Source: an uncultured Candidatus Saccharibacteria bacterium
GTDB lineage: Bacteria; Patescibacteriota; Minisyncoccia; Phycocordibacterales; UBA918
Length of the DNA: 64,000 bases
Direction: 5' to 3'
Assembly: GCA_964350985.1 (NCBI GenBank)
Contig: CAYGLK010000001.1
Span: 457,973-521,972 of the forward strand
Shown: piece by piece, positions 1 to 10,863 of the stretch
Numbering within the stretch: position 1 is the stretch's first letter
Layout of the letters: every line of letters begins with the position of its first letter
Translations under genes and position numbers: made by a program
The notes under the pieces: model-generated
What the model was told of the DNA's origin: nothing
Databases searched by the model: none
What the model saw: the letters and a program-made list of their open reading frames with translations, nothing else

Positions 1-191
1 TCTGCCTTAGCTTTTAGAGTCCAACTTTTTACTGCTTTACGATTCTTTGCTGCGTTCTTACTACCGTAAAGGAAAAAAGCTCCAGCTGCGGCTACTGCCG
101 CTGCTGTCAGACCTACACCAATTCCTACTGCTTGATTCTGTGAAATTGACGATTTTGATTTTGATTTTGAAGCTTGTTTTTTTGCTGCCAT
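1..191 (-). CDS. hypothetical membrane-anchored protein (YtxH-like N-terminus), runs off window
   Basis: Manual translation MAAKKQASKSKSKSSISQNQAVGIGVGLTAAAVAAAGAFFLYGSKNAAKNRKAVKSW..., open to the window edge. Confidence 0.7.
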   Translation of the reverse strand, partial: MAAKKQASKSKSKSSISQNQAVGIGVGLTAAAVAAAGAFFLYGSKNAAKNRKAVKSWTLKAKA

Positions 192-220
192 ACAGAAAAT
201 ATTTAAATTTAATAATTAGA

Positions 221-520
221 TTATTCTTCATCCTCCCCTACTACTTCTTTTACTTTACGTCTCGCCATCTTTGCTACTTTGCGTCCTGCGAAAAAAGTTA
301 AGACTTTAGTCAGAACGCTTCCTTCGGAAAAAAACATTCTAATTTGAGTCAGATCACCAGCCAAAACTTCGCTGCCTTCTTCTATCCTTTCTAGTATGCT
401 TTTGACCAATCTAATTATTTTAATTATTTGGTACAAAATAAAGCAGACAAATAGGCTAAATACCACTGTCGCTATACTAGCGATTAAAAAGAATATGTTG
501 GCTTGTAATATCTCACTCAT
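221..520 (-). CDS. hypothetical single-TM protein
   Basis: ORF 221..538, likely start MSEILQ at 520; N-terminal hydrophobic helix then coiled region. Confidence 0.7.
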   Translation of the reverse strand: MSEILQANIFFLIASIATVVFSLFVCFILYQIIKIIRLVKSILERIEEGSEVLAGDLTQIRMFFSEGSVLTKVLTFFAGRKVAKMARRKVKEVVGEDEE

Positions 521-657
521 CTCTACTAAGTGTAACAAGTATCCTGGTGCTTAAGTAAAAACCAAGTGGAAAACTATTAAAAAATGAAAACCGCTCCCTC
601 GGTTTTCGAGAAAGCGGAATGATGAATTATGTGGTGTGAGCGTCTTGAACGAACCAA

Positions 658-858
658 TCAACTTCTCACGCCAAGAAAATTTGTGATGAAGATTTGGTTA
701 AGCATGAGTAGGATAGACAAAGTCGCCAAACTGTGTCCGCCGCGCTGAGCAACTTCTTCATTAAGCTCTTTCTTTAGCTCAGCCCAACAACGCCTTTCTC
801 TTGCAGCATCAAACTCACCTTTGCAAATGTGAGTTTTGTAAATATACCTTTTCATCAA
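658..858 (-). CDS. small hypothetical protein
   Basis: 66-aa ORF with GGAGG ribosome-binding site just upstream. Confidence 0.45.
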   Translation of the reverse strand: MMKRYIYKTHICKGEFDAARERRCWAELKKELNEEVAQRGGHSLATLSILLMLNQIFITNFLGVRS

Positions 859-930
859 AGACCTCCATATGTGCTAGTAAAATCATTGTAAACATACCAC
901 ATTTTTTATATTTTTCAAGTAAGAAAGTTC

Positions 931-1959
931 TTACTTTATTGTGTTTGTAGACAGAAATTTTTGAACAACTTGTTCTAATTCCTCTACGCTGTCTTGCGCC
1001 ATCAAATCTGCTCTCAGTTCTGCAGCTCCATCGAAGTCTTTAATATAAGCTTTAAAATGCTTCTTCATTACAGCCAGATTTTTAAAAGGTAAAATTTCTT
1101 GAAAGAGTTTTGTCTGCTCTAGCATTACAGCCAGCCTGGTCTCAAGAGGTACGTTAGTGGCATCTTTTTCAGGATGAAAAAGCCACGGGTTACCAAAGAT
1201 AGCTCGACCGAGCATTACTCCATCAGCACCAGTAGCTTCTGCTTTAGCTCTAGCGTCTTCAATGGAAAGAGCGTCGCCATTGCCAATGATCCTGGTCTCA
1301 AGTTTGTCTGCACCCAAAATCTCATTTCGTATCTCTACCGCCCGAGCGATTCTTTCCCACCGCGCTGGAACCTTACTCATTTCTTTTCTGGTACGAGCAT
1401 GCAAGGTAATAGCTGCTGGTCTTTCCTGAAGTAACGCCGGAAGCCATTCTTCTAGTTGGTCTCGGTTATAACCAAGTCTAGTTTTGACTGACACTGGAAT
1501 ACCTCCATCATCCATCTTGGCTCCACGCTTGGCAGCTTGGATAATTTTAGCGGCTACTTCTGGGTTTTTGATCATCGCTGAACCACAACCTTGTTTTTCA
1601 ATAGACTTATCTGGACAGCCCATATTAATATCAACACCATCAAAACCAAGCGAGAGACATAGAGCGGCGGCTTGCTCCATATGAGCTTCATTACTAGAGA
1701 ACAACTGAGCTACTATTGGTCTTTCTGCTTCAGTATAAATAAGGTCGGCCATTAGTTTTGCTTTACCTTCGGGGGTAGCTCGGACTAGTCCATCTGCTGC
1801 CACAAACTCAGTCCACATCACGTCAGGACCACCAACTGTACCGTCTCGTCTTGTGTGAGCACTGTACTTAGCAATTACTCGTCTAAAAGGCGCGTCAGTA
1901 ACATCCGCCAATGGCGCTAGGACAAAAAATGGAGTTGGTAATTTTTTCCAAAATGACAT
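931..1959 (-). CDS. dus: tRNA-dihydrouridine synthase
   Basis: LAPLADVTD, DINMGCP, GNGD and GVMLGR motifs. Confidence 0.93.
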   Translation of the reverse strand: MSFWKKLPTPFFVLAPLADVTDAPFRRVIAKYSAHTRRDGTVGGPDVMWTEFVAADGLVRATPEGKAKLMADLIYTEAERPIVAQLFSSNEAHMEQAAALCLSLGFDGVDINMGCPDKSIEKQGCGSAMIKNPEVAAKIIQAAKRGAKMDDGGIPVSVKTRLGYNRDQLEEWLPALLQERPAAITLHARTRKEMSKVPARWERIARAVEIRNEILGADKLETRIIGNGDALSIEDARAKAEATGADGVMLGRAIFGNPWLFHPEKDATNVPLETRLAVMLEQTKLFQEILPFKNLAVMKKHFKAYIKDFDGAAELRADLMAQDSVEELEQVVQKFLSTNTIK

Positions 1960-2002
1960 AAGGCCTGTTTTAACATACTTTAGCCAACTATGACAACGGT
2001 TT

Positions 2003-2890
2003 CTACTCTAATTCTTCTTCCGTATCATCAGCAGCTTCTTCAGTACTTGTAGCAACTCCTTCTTCTTCCGGAACCGCTACTTCCTCATTAACGAATACTC
2101 TTGAACCAAAACGTAGATCTAGATAAAGGAAATTTCCTGGCTCAAGATGAGAAAATTGTTCTGAATTAATTATTGTTTGCAAGTTTGAAACAGTATCTAT
2201 TGCTGGAGTATCTAGATTGGCCTTGATTTCACTACCGCGGGCTAAAGTGTAAAAAACATCTCCAGTTGAATTAATTTCAATTTTTACGACATACCAACCC
2301 AACTGTGATAACAAGTAGGTAAATTCTTTAGAGTTTACATAATACTCCTCACTAAACGGTTTGGTATTTATTTCAAAACGATTTTCAACATCGTAATAAC
2401 GCACCAAACTTGAACCAGATAAATTAGGTGCCTTTGCAAAAGCATAGCCCTCTTTATCTAAGAAAAGACAACTATCATGATCGTTACTATCGCACCACAA
2501 AGCATCAGGCAAGTACTCATCAAAAGTGACTGAGATTTCTTTTCTTGAAACACGATCTACTTTTACATCTTTTATTTTTTCTATTTGATTTACTCGCTCC
2601 AAAATACTCTCTTCCGGATATAAATAAGAAAACTTTTTTGGTATCAATTTAAAATATGATCCGGTAAGTTGTTCGCGAGCGATTGTTTCAACTTTTTTCT
2701 TATCAATAGTAAATCCGCCTTCTACTGTAACCGTGTCTAGCGTAAAGGTTGAAAGCCTAGTCCCATACCAAATAGCCGTAATAACTAAAGCTACTGAGCT
2801 AAATATAATCAGACCTAGAACAATTTGCTTGATTAAAAGAATTGTTCCAGGATCCAGATATTTTTTACGCTTTTTTGGTTTTGGTTTCAT
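2003..2890 (-). CDS. ftsQ: cell division protein FtsQ/DivIB-like
   Basis: N-terminal TM, POTRA-like region, C-terminal YLDLRFG motif. Confidence 0.75.
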   Translation of the reverse strand: MKPKPKKRKKYLDPGTILLIKQIVLGLIIFSSVALVITAIWYGTRLSTFTLDTVTVEGGFTIDKKKVETIAREQLTGSYFKLIPKKFSYLYPEESILERVNQIEKIKDVKVDRVSRKEISVTFDEYLPDALWCDSNDHDSCLFLDKEGYAFAKAPNLSGSSLVRYYDVENRFEINTKPFSEEYYVNSKEFTYLLSQLGWYVVKIEINSTGDVFYTLARGSEIKANLDTPAIDTVSNLQTIINSEQFSHLEPGNFLYLDLRFGSRVFVNEEVAVPEEEGVATSTEEAADDTEEELE

Positions 2891-2898
2891 AGATATAT

Positions 2899-2931
2899 AA
2901 AAGAAGGGCGGGCTTCGCCCGCCCTTCTTTT
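2899..2931. terminator. intrinsic terminator after serS
   Basis: AAAAGAAGGGCGGGC-TTC-GCCCGCCCTTCTTTT perfect hairpin. Confidence 0.8.
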
Positions 2932-2934
2932 TGA

Positions 2935-4200
2935 TTAACCAATCTTATCCTTACCCATATACTCACGTAGTTTTTCTGGAATCAGAATACTGCCGTCTTC
3001 CTGCTGAAAGTTTTCCAGTAGTGAAACGAGGATACGTGGTGTTGGGATGGCGGTACAGTTAAGTGAGTGTGCGTAACGCATCTTCCCTTCTGCGTCACGA
3101 TAACGAATATTAAATCTTCGTGTTTGGAAGTCGTGGAAGTATGAAGCTGAACTTATCTCTCTGTAAGTCTTTTCTCCTGGTACCCAGAGCTCAATATCAT
3201 ATTTCTTCACTTGTCCCTGACCTAAGTCACCACCGCAGTTTAATACCGTTCGATATGGAATTCCGAGTGATTCAATAAACTCTTCAGTATTGCGATTGAT
3301 CCACTCATGGAGACGGACACTTTCTTCATGTGAAGCTTCACACAAGACCACCTGTTCCAGTTTGAAAAATTCATGTACTCGAATTAGCCCTTTAGTATCT
3401 TTTCCATGACTTCCAGCTTCGCGACGATAACAAGGTGAGAACGCCAAAAACTTTGCTGGTAGTTGTGACTCTTCTAAAACTTCGTCAGCATAAAGACCCA
3501 TTGTTGAAACTTCTCCTGTACCGATCAGATAATCTTCGTCTTGAGTCTTATATACATCCTCAGCTTCGTTTGGTAGGTGTCCAGTTCCGTAAAGATTACT
3601 CTTACGAACAATACTCGGAACCAATAGTGGTTCAAAGCCTTTCTCTAAGAAAAACTTGTTAGCGTAGTTCCAAACCGCCCAAGAAAGTCGAGCGCCGTCA
3701 CCTCGAAGGTAGTAACCACGAAAACCATGAACTTTGGTCCCGCGCTCGAAGTCAGCCATCTTGTGTTTATTCATCAACTCTACGTGATCTTTAGCTTCAA
3801 AAGAAAAAGAAGTTTGTTCTCCCCACGTTTTGACTTCCTGATTATCAGCGTCACTATCACCATCAGGCACAGACATATCTGGAATGTTTGGTACTTGGAG
3901 CATTAATCCTTGCCATTCTTCCATTATTGGCTTCAGGGCTTCTTCTTCTTTCTGTAGATCTAGTTTAAGAACCTGCATCCCAGAGATAAGATGTTGTCTT
4001 AAAGCTGCATCATTTCCAGCCGCTGCAATTTCTTGTGAAGCTTTATTTTGTTCTGCTTTCTTAGTCTCAAGCTTGGTCATGATCTCACGCCGTTGATCAT
4101 CAATCTTAAGCAGTCGATCAATATCGATTTTAATCTTCTTTTTTTGAGCCGCTAGTTTTACTAGGTCAGAATTCTCTCTGATGAATTTAATATCTAACAT
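2935..4200 (-). CDS. serS: serine--tRNA ligase
   Basis: MLDIKFIREN start, N-terminal coiled coil, YRREAG..GLIRVHEF motif 2, EISSAS. Confidence 0.97.
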   Translation of the reverse strand: MLDIKFIRENSDLVKLAAQKKKIKIDIDRLLKIDDQRREIMTKLETKKAEQNKASQEIAAAGNDAALRQHLISGMQVLKLDLQKEEEALKPIMEEWQGLMLQVPNIPDMSVPDGDSDADNQEVKTWGEQTSFSFEAKDHVELMNKHKMADFERGTKVHGFRGYYLRGDGARLSWAVWNYANKFFLEKGFEPLLVPSIVRKSNLYGTGHLPNEAEDVYKTQDEDYLIGTGEVSTMGLYADEVLEESQLPAKFLAFSPCYRREAGSHGKDTKGLIRVHEFFKLEQVVLCEASHEESVRLHEWINRNTEEFIESLGIPYRTVLNCGGDLGQGQVKKYDIELWVPGEKTYREISSASYFHDFQTRRFNIRYRDAEGKMRYAHSLNCTAIPTPRILVSLLENFQQEDGSILIPEKLREYMGKDKIG

Positions 4201-4294
4201 AAAATATAGTCCAAGTATTATAACGCATCACTTCTCTAGGACGAAATCCCTTACTTAGCAACATCAAATGAGATCATGCTACACTTTTTAGAGA

Positions 4295-5164
4295 ATGGAA
4301 ATATCTCATATAACCAGTTCAGAATTTAAAAAGCATAATCTAGGCATTTTAAATGAAATCCCGCAGCCGCCGAAAGAATTTTGGTATCAAGGCAACCTAC
4401 CCGACTCAAGCATAACTCTACTAGCAGTTGTTGGCTCCAGAAAATACACTACCTATGGACAGCAAGTGATTGATCACCTTATCGGTGGACTAGCTGGTTA
4501 CCCTGTTGGGATTGTCTCTGGTTTAGCGTTAGGTATGGACGGATTAGCACACGAAGCAGCTCTCAAAAATAACCTATATACTTTAGCGATACCAGGTAGT
4601 GGACTTGATGAATCAGTCCTCTACCCAGCTAGTCACAAGAGCTTAGCTCGAAAGATACTCGAAAGTGGCGGTGGTCTTTTGTCTGAACTGGCGCCAAAGG
4701 CAAGAGCAGCTCTTTGGACTTTTCCACAGAGAAACCGGGTCATGGCTGGTCTTTGTAAAGCGACTCTACTTATAGAAGCAGGAGAAAAGTCCGGCACTCT
4801 GATTACCGCCAGAATGGCTGTCGACTATAATCGTGAACTATTGGCAGTACCTGGAAGTATCTTTTCAAAGAACTCTGCCGGTACGCATCAGTTCCTAAAA
4901 CTGGGAGCCACGATGGTAACTGAGGCGGCTGATATTTTAGAAGTACTGCAGATAGAAAGTGAAAAAACCAAACCTACACAAAATAGTTTACTTTTATCTG
5001 AAATTGAAAAAACTATTATTGAACTACTTCATGAACCTCAAGACAAAGACACCTTACTGAGACAACTTCCTTTACCGACTTCTGAAGCCAGTATTATCTT
5101 GATGAATATGGAAATGCAGGGTTATATTACCTATGAATCACCTCATTATCGGGCACTCATCTAG
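4295..5164 (+). CDS. dprA: DNA-processing protein DprA
   Basis: AVVGSR, VSGLALGMDGLAH, FPQRNR and SGTLITA motifs. Confidence 0.95.
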   Translation: MEISHITSSEFKKHNLGILNEIPQPPKEFWYQGNLPDSSITLLAVVGSRKYTTYGQQVIDHLIGGLAGYPVGIVSGLALGMDGLAHEAALKNNLYTLAIPGSGLDESVLYPASHKSLARKILESGGGLLSELAPKARAALWTFPQRNRVMAGLCKATLLIEAGEKSGTLITARMAVDYNRELLAVPGSIFSKNSAGTHQFLKLGATMVTEAADILEVLQIESEKTKPTQNSLLLSEIEKTIIELLHEPQDKDTLLRQLPLPTSEASIILMNMEMQGYITYESPHYRALI

Positions 5165-5235
5165 TGTCAGTCGGAACTCTTATTATTTGACAGAATTCCT
5201 TAAGCCTAGTATTTGTTACTGAATCTTACATATAT

Positions 5236-7596
5236 ATGAGTAAATACACCCTAGTAATTGTTGAGTCGCCAGCTAAGGCTAAGACTATTGAAAAATACCT
5301 CGGAAAAGATTACCGCGTGCTTTCTTCTATTGGTCACGTGCGCGACTTACCAAAAAGTAACAAGGATGCTGTTGATATCGAAAACGGTTTTGTACCGCGG
5401 TATATTATTTCGCCTGGAAAAGACAAAGTGATTGCCGGACTTCAAAACGCGGCCAAAAAAGCTGATGAGGTACTACTAGCATCCGACCCCGACCGTGAAG
5501 GAGAAGCGATTGCCTGGCATGTTGCCGAACTTATCAAAGAAGTTAATCCAAAGCTGAAGCGAGTAGCTTTCAACGAGATCACTGAGGCGGCTGTCAAAGA
5601 AGCTATCGCTCACCCGAGAGAGATTGATCTTAATCTCAAGGAAGCTCAAGAAGCGCGTCGAGTGTTAGACAGATTGGTTGGGTACGATTTATCTGGCTTG
5701 ATCTGGAAGAAAGTTCGTTATGGCTTATCTGCTGGACGTGTACAATCTCCAGCTCTTCGTATCGTGATGGAAAGAGAACGAGAAATCCGTGCTTTTATTC
5801 CTGAAGATTACTACAACCTTACAGCTAATACTGAAGCCAAAGGTAAAGCAATTCCCTTTTTCTGTAGTGTTGAACCAAAAGAAAAAGACGAAGCTGAACG
5901 AATCAAGAAAGTTGGTGAAAAATCTGACTGGGTAATTAAAGATCTAAAGGAAACTGAAGCAAAGCGAAGTCCAAAACCACCTTTTACAACTTCAACACTT
6001 CAACAAACAGCTTCGACTCGGCTTGGCTTTTCGCCTTCGAGAACTATGGGAGCTGCTCAAAAGTTGTATGAAGCAGGACATATTACTTATATGCGTACTG
6101 ACAGCCCAAACATCAGTGTCGTAGCGCAAAAGCAGTTGATTGCCATGATCAATAAAAGTTATGGCAAAAGTTATTTGCAACCTAGACAATACAAATCAAA
6201 GAGTAAGTCAGCTCAAGAAGCTCACGAAGCTGTGCGTCCAACCAACTTTAATAAAGACTCAGCTGGTACAACTGGTGACCAAAAAGCGCTTTACGAACTG
6301 ATTTGGAATCGTACTGTTGCCTCACAGATGGCTGACGCTACTATCAAACGATCGAAGCTCATTACTAACATCACAGATACAAGTGAAACTATTCCTGACT
6401 TCTCAGTTAATGGTTCTCGGGTTATTTTTGACGGATGGCTGAAAGTAGATACCAGGGCTCGTGGTGAAGACACTGAAGTACCAAAGATAAATGTTGGTGA
6501 CTCTGTCAAACTAAAAGATATTAGTATTGAAGCTAAACAAACTGAACCACCAAACCGCTACTCAGAAGCTGGTTTGATTAAAGAACTAGAAAAACGCGGT
6601 ATTGGTCGTCCATCAACTTACGCCTCAACCATGAAAACCATCATTGATCGTGGTTACGTTATTAAAGAAGGTCGAACTCTGATACCAACTGACACGGGCG
6701 ATGTAGTTTCTTCTTTCTTGGAAAAACATTTCTTGGAATATATAAGTGATACCTTCACTAGTGATATGGAAGATGAATTAGACGAAATTGCTGAGGGAAA
6801 AAGAACTTATGTTAAAACTCTAACTGATTTTTATCTCCCTTTCCAAAAAGATGTTGCCGGAAAAGAAAATATTGAAAAAATCACCAACCTTGGTCCGGGA
6901 CCAAAACAATTCCCTTGTCCTGAGTGTGGCGCTGATATGATCATTAAACTTGGTCGCGGAGGCAACTTTCTCTCTTGTGGACGCTTCCCTGACTGTAATG
7001 GATCAAGACTGATTGACGGTAGCGAACTTAAGCCTGACGCACCTTTAGGAACTGATCCTGAGTCTGGTCTTGAAGTATTTATCTTAAATGGAAAATTTGG
7101 ACCATACGCTCAGTTGGGTGAGACACCAGAAAAAGTAAAGGGCAAAAAACAAAAAGCACCCAAGCGTGCTTCCCTGCCTTCAGGAGTAAAGCCAGAAGAC
7201 GTCACTCTAGAAATGGCGCTAAAGTTTTTGACTCTGCCTCGCGAATTAGGAGCTCACCCTAAAACTGAAGAACCAATTATCGCCAACACTGGTCAATACG
7301 GGCCATACTTAGCTCATGCTGGAGACTTCCGGTCACTTAAAGGCAAAGATGATCCTTATACTATTACCTATGAACGGGCGCTTGAAATTTATAAAGAGCC
7401 GAAGCAAACTCGAAAAGGTGAAACTCTACTAAAGGAACTTGGTATCAATCCTGGTACTAAAAAACTAGTTAATGTCTATGAATCAAAGTCTGGACGCTTC
7501 CTCAGAAAAGGTTTTAAAAGAATTAGTATTCCAGACGAAATCAAGACAGAAGATATCACTATTGAAGTTGCGGTTGAACTACTTAAAAGAGGCTAA
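5236..7596 (+). CDS. topA: type I DNA topoisomerase
   Basis: IVESPAKAKTI, DPDREGEAI, SAGRVQS, ITYMRTD, Zn ribbon and C-terminal repeats. Confidence 0.97.
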   Translation: MSKYTLVIVESPAKAKTIEKYLGKDYRVLSSIGHVRDLPKSNKDAVDIENGFVPRYIISPGKDKVIAGLQNAAKKADEVLLASDPDREGEAIAWHVAELIKEVNPKLKRVAFNEITEAAVKEAIAHPREIDLNLKEAQEARRVLDRLVGYDLSGLIWKKVRYGLSAGRVQSPALRIVMEREREIRAFIPEDYYNLTANTEAKGKAIPFFCSVEPKEKDEAERIKKVGEKSDWVIKDLKETEAKRSPKPPFTTSTLQQTASTRLGFSPSRTMGAAQKLYEAGHITYMRTDSPNISVVAQKQLIAMINKSYGKSYLQPRQYKSKSKSAQEAHEAVRPTNFNKDSAGTTGDQKALYELIWNRTVASQMADATIKRSKLITNITDTSETIPDFSVNGSRVIFDGWLKVDTRARGEDTEVPKINVGDSVKLKDISIEAKQTEPPNRYSEAGLIKELEKRGIGRPSTYASTMKTIIDRGYVIKEGRTLIPTDTGDVVSSFLEKHFLEYISDTFTSDMEDELDEIAEGKRTYVKTLTDFYLPFQKDVAGKENIEKITNLGPGPKQFPCPECGADMIIKLGRGGNFLSCGRFPDCNGSRLIDGSELKPDAPLGTDPESGLEVFILNGKFGPYAQLGETPEKVKGKKQKAPKRASLPSGVKPEDVTLEMALKFLTLPRELGAHPKTEEPIIANTGQYGPYLAHAGDFRSLKGKDDPYTITYERALEIYKEPKQTRKGETLLKELGINPGTKKLVNVYESKSGRFLRKGFKRISIPDEIKTEDITIEVAVELLKRG

Positions 7597-7602
7597 AACA
7601 AA

Positions 7603-7643
7603 TACAAAGGCCGGTCCTAGGTTCCCTAGGACCGGCCTTTGTA
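7603..7643 (+). terminator. terminator hairpin after topA
   Basis: TACAAAGGCCGGTCCTAGG / CCTAGGACCGGCCTTTGTA inverted repeat. Confidence 0.75.
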
Positions 7644-7689
7644 AAAGTAAAAACTTGTTATTTAAAGCATATATCTCTACAATAACTAG

Positions 7690-9225
7690 ATGACTGCCAG
7701 AGATATTATAGTTTTACTTGAAAATCCAAGTGAAGCAGACAAAGCTTTAATTGAAAAAGCTTTTTCTTTTGTGGAGAAAGCACACGCTGGCCACAAAAGA
7801 TACTCGGGCGAACCCTACCTAAATCACCTAGCGGCTGTTGGCTCTAAATTAGCTGAAATGAACATGAGTGCGCGAACAGTTGCTGCTGGTCTACTCCATG
7901 ACTCTATTGAAGATACTGAAGTTACGGCTGATGATATTTTAAAAGAGTTTGGCGAAGAAATTCTATTTTTAGTTGAAGGAGTAACAAAACTTAGTTCAGT
8001 ACGTTACTACGGCAGTGATCGTCACAATGAGAGTCTCAGGAAACTCTTAGTTGCAACTAGTCAGGATATTAGAGTATTGATCATTAAGCTTGTTGATCGT
8101 TTGCACAACATGCAGACCTTGTCTCATATACCTGAAAAAAAACAATTACGGATTGCTACAGAAACCTTAGAGATCTATGTACCAGTAGCACACCGACTAG
8201 GAATGGGACGTATTCGTAAAGAACTTGAGGATCTTGCTTTCCCTTATGTTTTTCCTATTGAATACACTAAAGTACAGGAACTACTTGAAAGCAAAGCCGG
8301 TAAGTCCAATGAGCTACTGGAACGAGAAAGAAAAGCTTTGCAAAAAAGATTGGCTGAAATTGGGTTACTTAGTTTTAAGACTTCATATCGAGTAAAGGGT
8401 TTGTATAGCCTTTACCATAAACTTAAGAGAAAGGAGTGGGATATTGGTGTGGTGTATGACCTCCTAGCTATGCGAGTAGTTGTTCCTGACGTCGAAGACT
8501 GTTATCGAGCCCTAGGAATCATCCACAAACTCTGGCGACCACTACCAGGAAGAGTGAAAGACTATATCGCTTTCCCAAAGCCAAACGGCTATCAATCACT
8601 TCATACTACCGTCGCAACTCCAAACGGTGTGATTATGGAGATTCAAATTCGTACCGAAAGAATGCACCATGAATCTGAGTTTGGTATTGCTTCGCACCTA
8701 AGCTATAAAGAGCAAAACGGTGCCATTGCACCTGAAAGCCAGTCCCGTTTTACCAGTCTTATTCCTTCCCTATTTAGACCTTTTAGTAACGATAAAAAAA
8801 CAAAGGAAGATATCAAACAAGCAAAGGAACATGATCACCGAGAAAAAATACCTCTTTGGATTGCGGAGATCGGTGAGACTCACAGTAAAGAAAAGTCGAC
8901 CACAGCAGAGTTTGTCGAAGATACTCAAAAAGACTTCTTCTCAAACCGAATCTTTGTCTTTACACCCGTCGGTGACGTTGTTGACTTGCCAGTTGGCGCT
9001 ACACCGATAGACTTTGCTTACGCTATTCACTCTGAGGTTGGAGATCATATTTTTGGTGCCAAGGTAAACAAAAAACTAGTACAACTAGACAAAGAGCTCC
9101 ATAACGGAGACATAGTAGAGATTGAAACAAGAAAGTCAGCTAAGCCGACCGTTAAGTGGCTGAACTTTGTTAAGACCGCTTTGGCCAGACGACGAATCAA
9201 AGCAGCTCTGGAAATTAAAAATTAA
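7690..9225 (+). CDS. rel: RelA/SpoT family (p)ppGpp synthetase/hydrolase (HD, synthetase, TGS domains)
   Basis: LLHDSIED, KPNGYQSLH, EIQIRT, TPIDFAYAIHS. Confidence 0.92.
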   Translation: MTARDIIVLLENPSEADKALIEKAFSFVEKAHAGHKRYSGEPYLNHLAAVGSKLAEMNMSARTVAAGLLHDSIEDTEVTADDILKEFGEEILFLVEGVTKLSSVRYYGSDRHNESLRKLLVATSQDIRVLIIKLVDRLHNMQTLSHIPEKKQLRIATETLEIYVPVAHRLGMGRIRKELEDLAFPYVFPIEYTKVQELLESKAGKSNELLERERKALQKRLAEIGLLSFKTSYRVKGLYSLYHKLKRKEWDIGVVYDLLAMRVVVPDVEDCYRALGIIHKLWRPLPGRVKDYIAFPKPNGYQSLHTTVATPNGVIMEIQIRTERMHHESEFGIASHLSYKEQNGAIAPESQSRFTSLIPSLFRPFSNDKKTKEDIKQAKEHDHREKIPLWIAEIGETHSKEKSTTAEFVEDTQKDFFSNRIFVFTPVGDVVDLPVGATPIDFAYAIHSEVGDHIFGAKVNKKLVQLDKELHNGDIVEIETRKSAKPTVKWLNFVKTALARRRIKAALEIKN

Positions 9226-9257
9226 AAAAGACCGGGAGCAAAGCTCCCGGTCTTTTT
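9225..9257. terminator. bidirectional terminator between rel and parB
   Basis: AAAAAGACCGGGAGC-AAA-GCTCCCGGTCTTTTT. Confidence 0.8.
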
Positions 9258-9264
9258 AATTAAT

Positions 9265-10584
9265 TTAAACTGAGAAATTTCTAATCGAATACAAGCCACT
9301 CTCATCATCTTTATCTTTTGGTGGGATTGTTACTGTCTCAGAATATTCTTCTACCTCTTCTGCTTTTGCCTCAGTATTGTCTTCTGTTTCTGGCTGATTA
9401 TTCTCTTCCGGGGTTTCATTAGCAATTGATTCATTATTTGTTTCAGTCTGATCTTCTTGTACTGGTTCTTCTCTTGTTTCTTCCCTTCTTTCTTCTGCTA
9501 CTGGCTCTGCAACAATATGTTCACCGACTATTATTTCCTCTTGTTCTACAACAGCTACTTCTTCTTTTTGCTCTTCATGATTATTTTGATCTTCTTCTGG
9601 TGCTGGGGTTTCAGTTTCAGAATTAGCCAAGAGAACTTCATCACTTAAGTCAGACAACTCTCTTCCTCCATCATCTACTGCCACAGTAAGTGGAGTATGT
9701 TCAGCCAGCTTATCGGCTGCAGAGGCGGTTACTGGAGCTATGCTCATATTTGGAGCATTCTCGTCTTTAATTCGTCGTAACATCATCTCCAAGTCATCAA
9801 CTGAGAAATAATCGATTGTCAGCTGTCCGCCGTAATCTGTTTTTTGGATCTGAACTCTTGTGCCCAGAGTTTCCATAAACTTCTTCTCCATCTCGATTAG
9901 CTCAACATCAAATTCACCGAGATTCTTTTTACGTACTTTATCAGTAGCAATTTTTCGAACAATTCTTTCAAGTTCACGGACAGAAAGTTTCTTCAGTAAT
10001 ATCTCACGGAAAACAACATCTTGCTCTTCTGGTTTATCATTAAGCATTAGGAGTGTTCGAGCATGACCTTCAGTCATTTCTGCCATTCTCAGCGAGTTGA
10101 GCATATGCTCAGGTAAACCAAGTAGACGAATAGAGTTTGATACATACTCTCGACTTCGCCCTACTTTCTTGGCTACTTGCGTATGAGAAAGTCCAAAGAC
10201 TTCAGCTAACTGCTTAAACGCCAAAGCTCGGTCTACAGCATTAAGATCCTCGCGTTGCAGGTTCTCAATAATAGCCAGCTCAAGTTTTTCTTGTTCACTA
10301 TCTTCGCCTTCACGAATAATAACTGGTACTTGAGATAACCCAGCCAACTTACTAGCTCGCAAACGACGTTCTCCAGCAATAAGTTCGTACTCTGTATAGA
10401 ACGTACCATCTTCTCTTTGGATCTCTTTTCTAGTTACTGTCAGTGGCTGCAAAATACCGTACATTCGTACCGATTCAGACAACTCAACCAATTTCTGTTG
10501 ATCAAATTCCCGCCGTGGTTGAAACGGATTAGGAACGATTTTTTCTACTTCTACCCAAAATATTGAATCTCCTTGAAATGCCAT
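9265..10584 (-). CDS. parB: ParB/Spo0J partition protein with long acidic C-terminal tail
   Basis: PNPFQPRREF, IAGERRLRA, ENLQREDL, HTH. Confidence 0.92.
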   Translation of the reverse strand: MAFQGDSIFWVEVEKIVPNPFQPRREFDQQKLVELSESVRMYGILQPLTVTRKEIQREDGTFYTEYELIAGERRLRASKLAGLSQVPVIIREGEDSEQEKLELAIIENLQREDLNAVDRALAFKQLAEVFGLSHTQVAKKVGRSREYVSNSIRLLGLPEHMLNSLRMAEMTEGHARTLLMLNDKPEEQDVVFREILLKKLSVRELERIVRKIATDKVRKKNLGEFDVELIEMEKKFMETLGTRVQIQKTDYGGQLTIDYFSVDDLEMMLRRIKDENAPNMSIAPVTASAADKLAEHTPLTVAVDDGGRELSDLSDEVLLANSETETPAPEEDQNNHEEQKEEVAVVEQEEIIVGEHIVAEPVAEERREETREEPVQEDQTETNNESIANETPEENNQPETEDNTEAKAEEVEEYSETVTIPPKDKDDESGLYSIRNFSV

Positions 10585-10730
10585 ACAAAATAACAGTAAT
10601 TACCTCCACAAAGCTCTCGCCCTGTCTTATCTGACATTCTAACATACCCATCCTACCGGCCCTGTTTATAACTTTTGATTTTTCTGCTACACTCATCGTG
10701 AACCAAAGTAGATGTAGGAATAAGTAAAGA

Positions 10731-10773
10731 AGGTACAATTGAATATAAATGCCGAAGTGGTGGAATGGTTACA
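10731..10773 (+). repeat. duplicate of tRNA-Leu(CAA) promoter -10 region and 5' end
   Basis: AGGTACAATTGAATATAAATGCCGAAGTGGTGGAATGGT nearly identical to 10844-10882. Confidence 0.85.
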
Positions 10774-10863
10774 CCGTGAGATAGTCTCCCAGACTATCTC
10801 ACCTCAGAAACCGCAGGCATCATTTTAGTAAGATAAAGTGTAGAGGTACAATTGAATATATAT

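Noticed and set aside
9265-10730. parS site or parA next to parB
   Set aside because: No TGTTTCACGTGAAACA-like palindrome or ParA ORF seen nearby.
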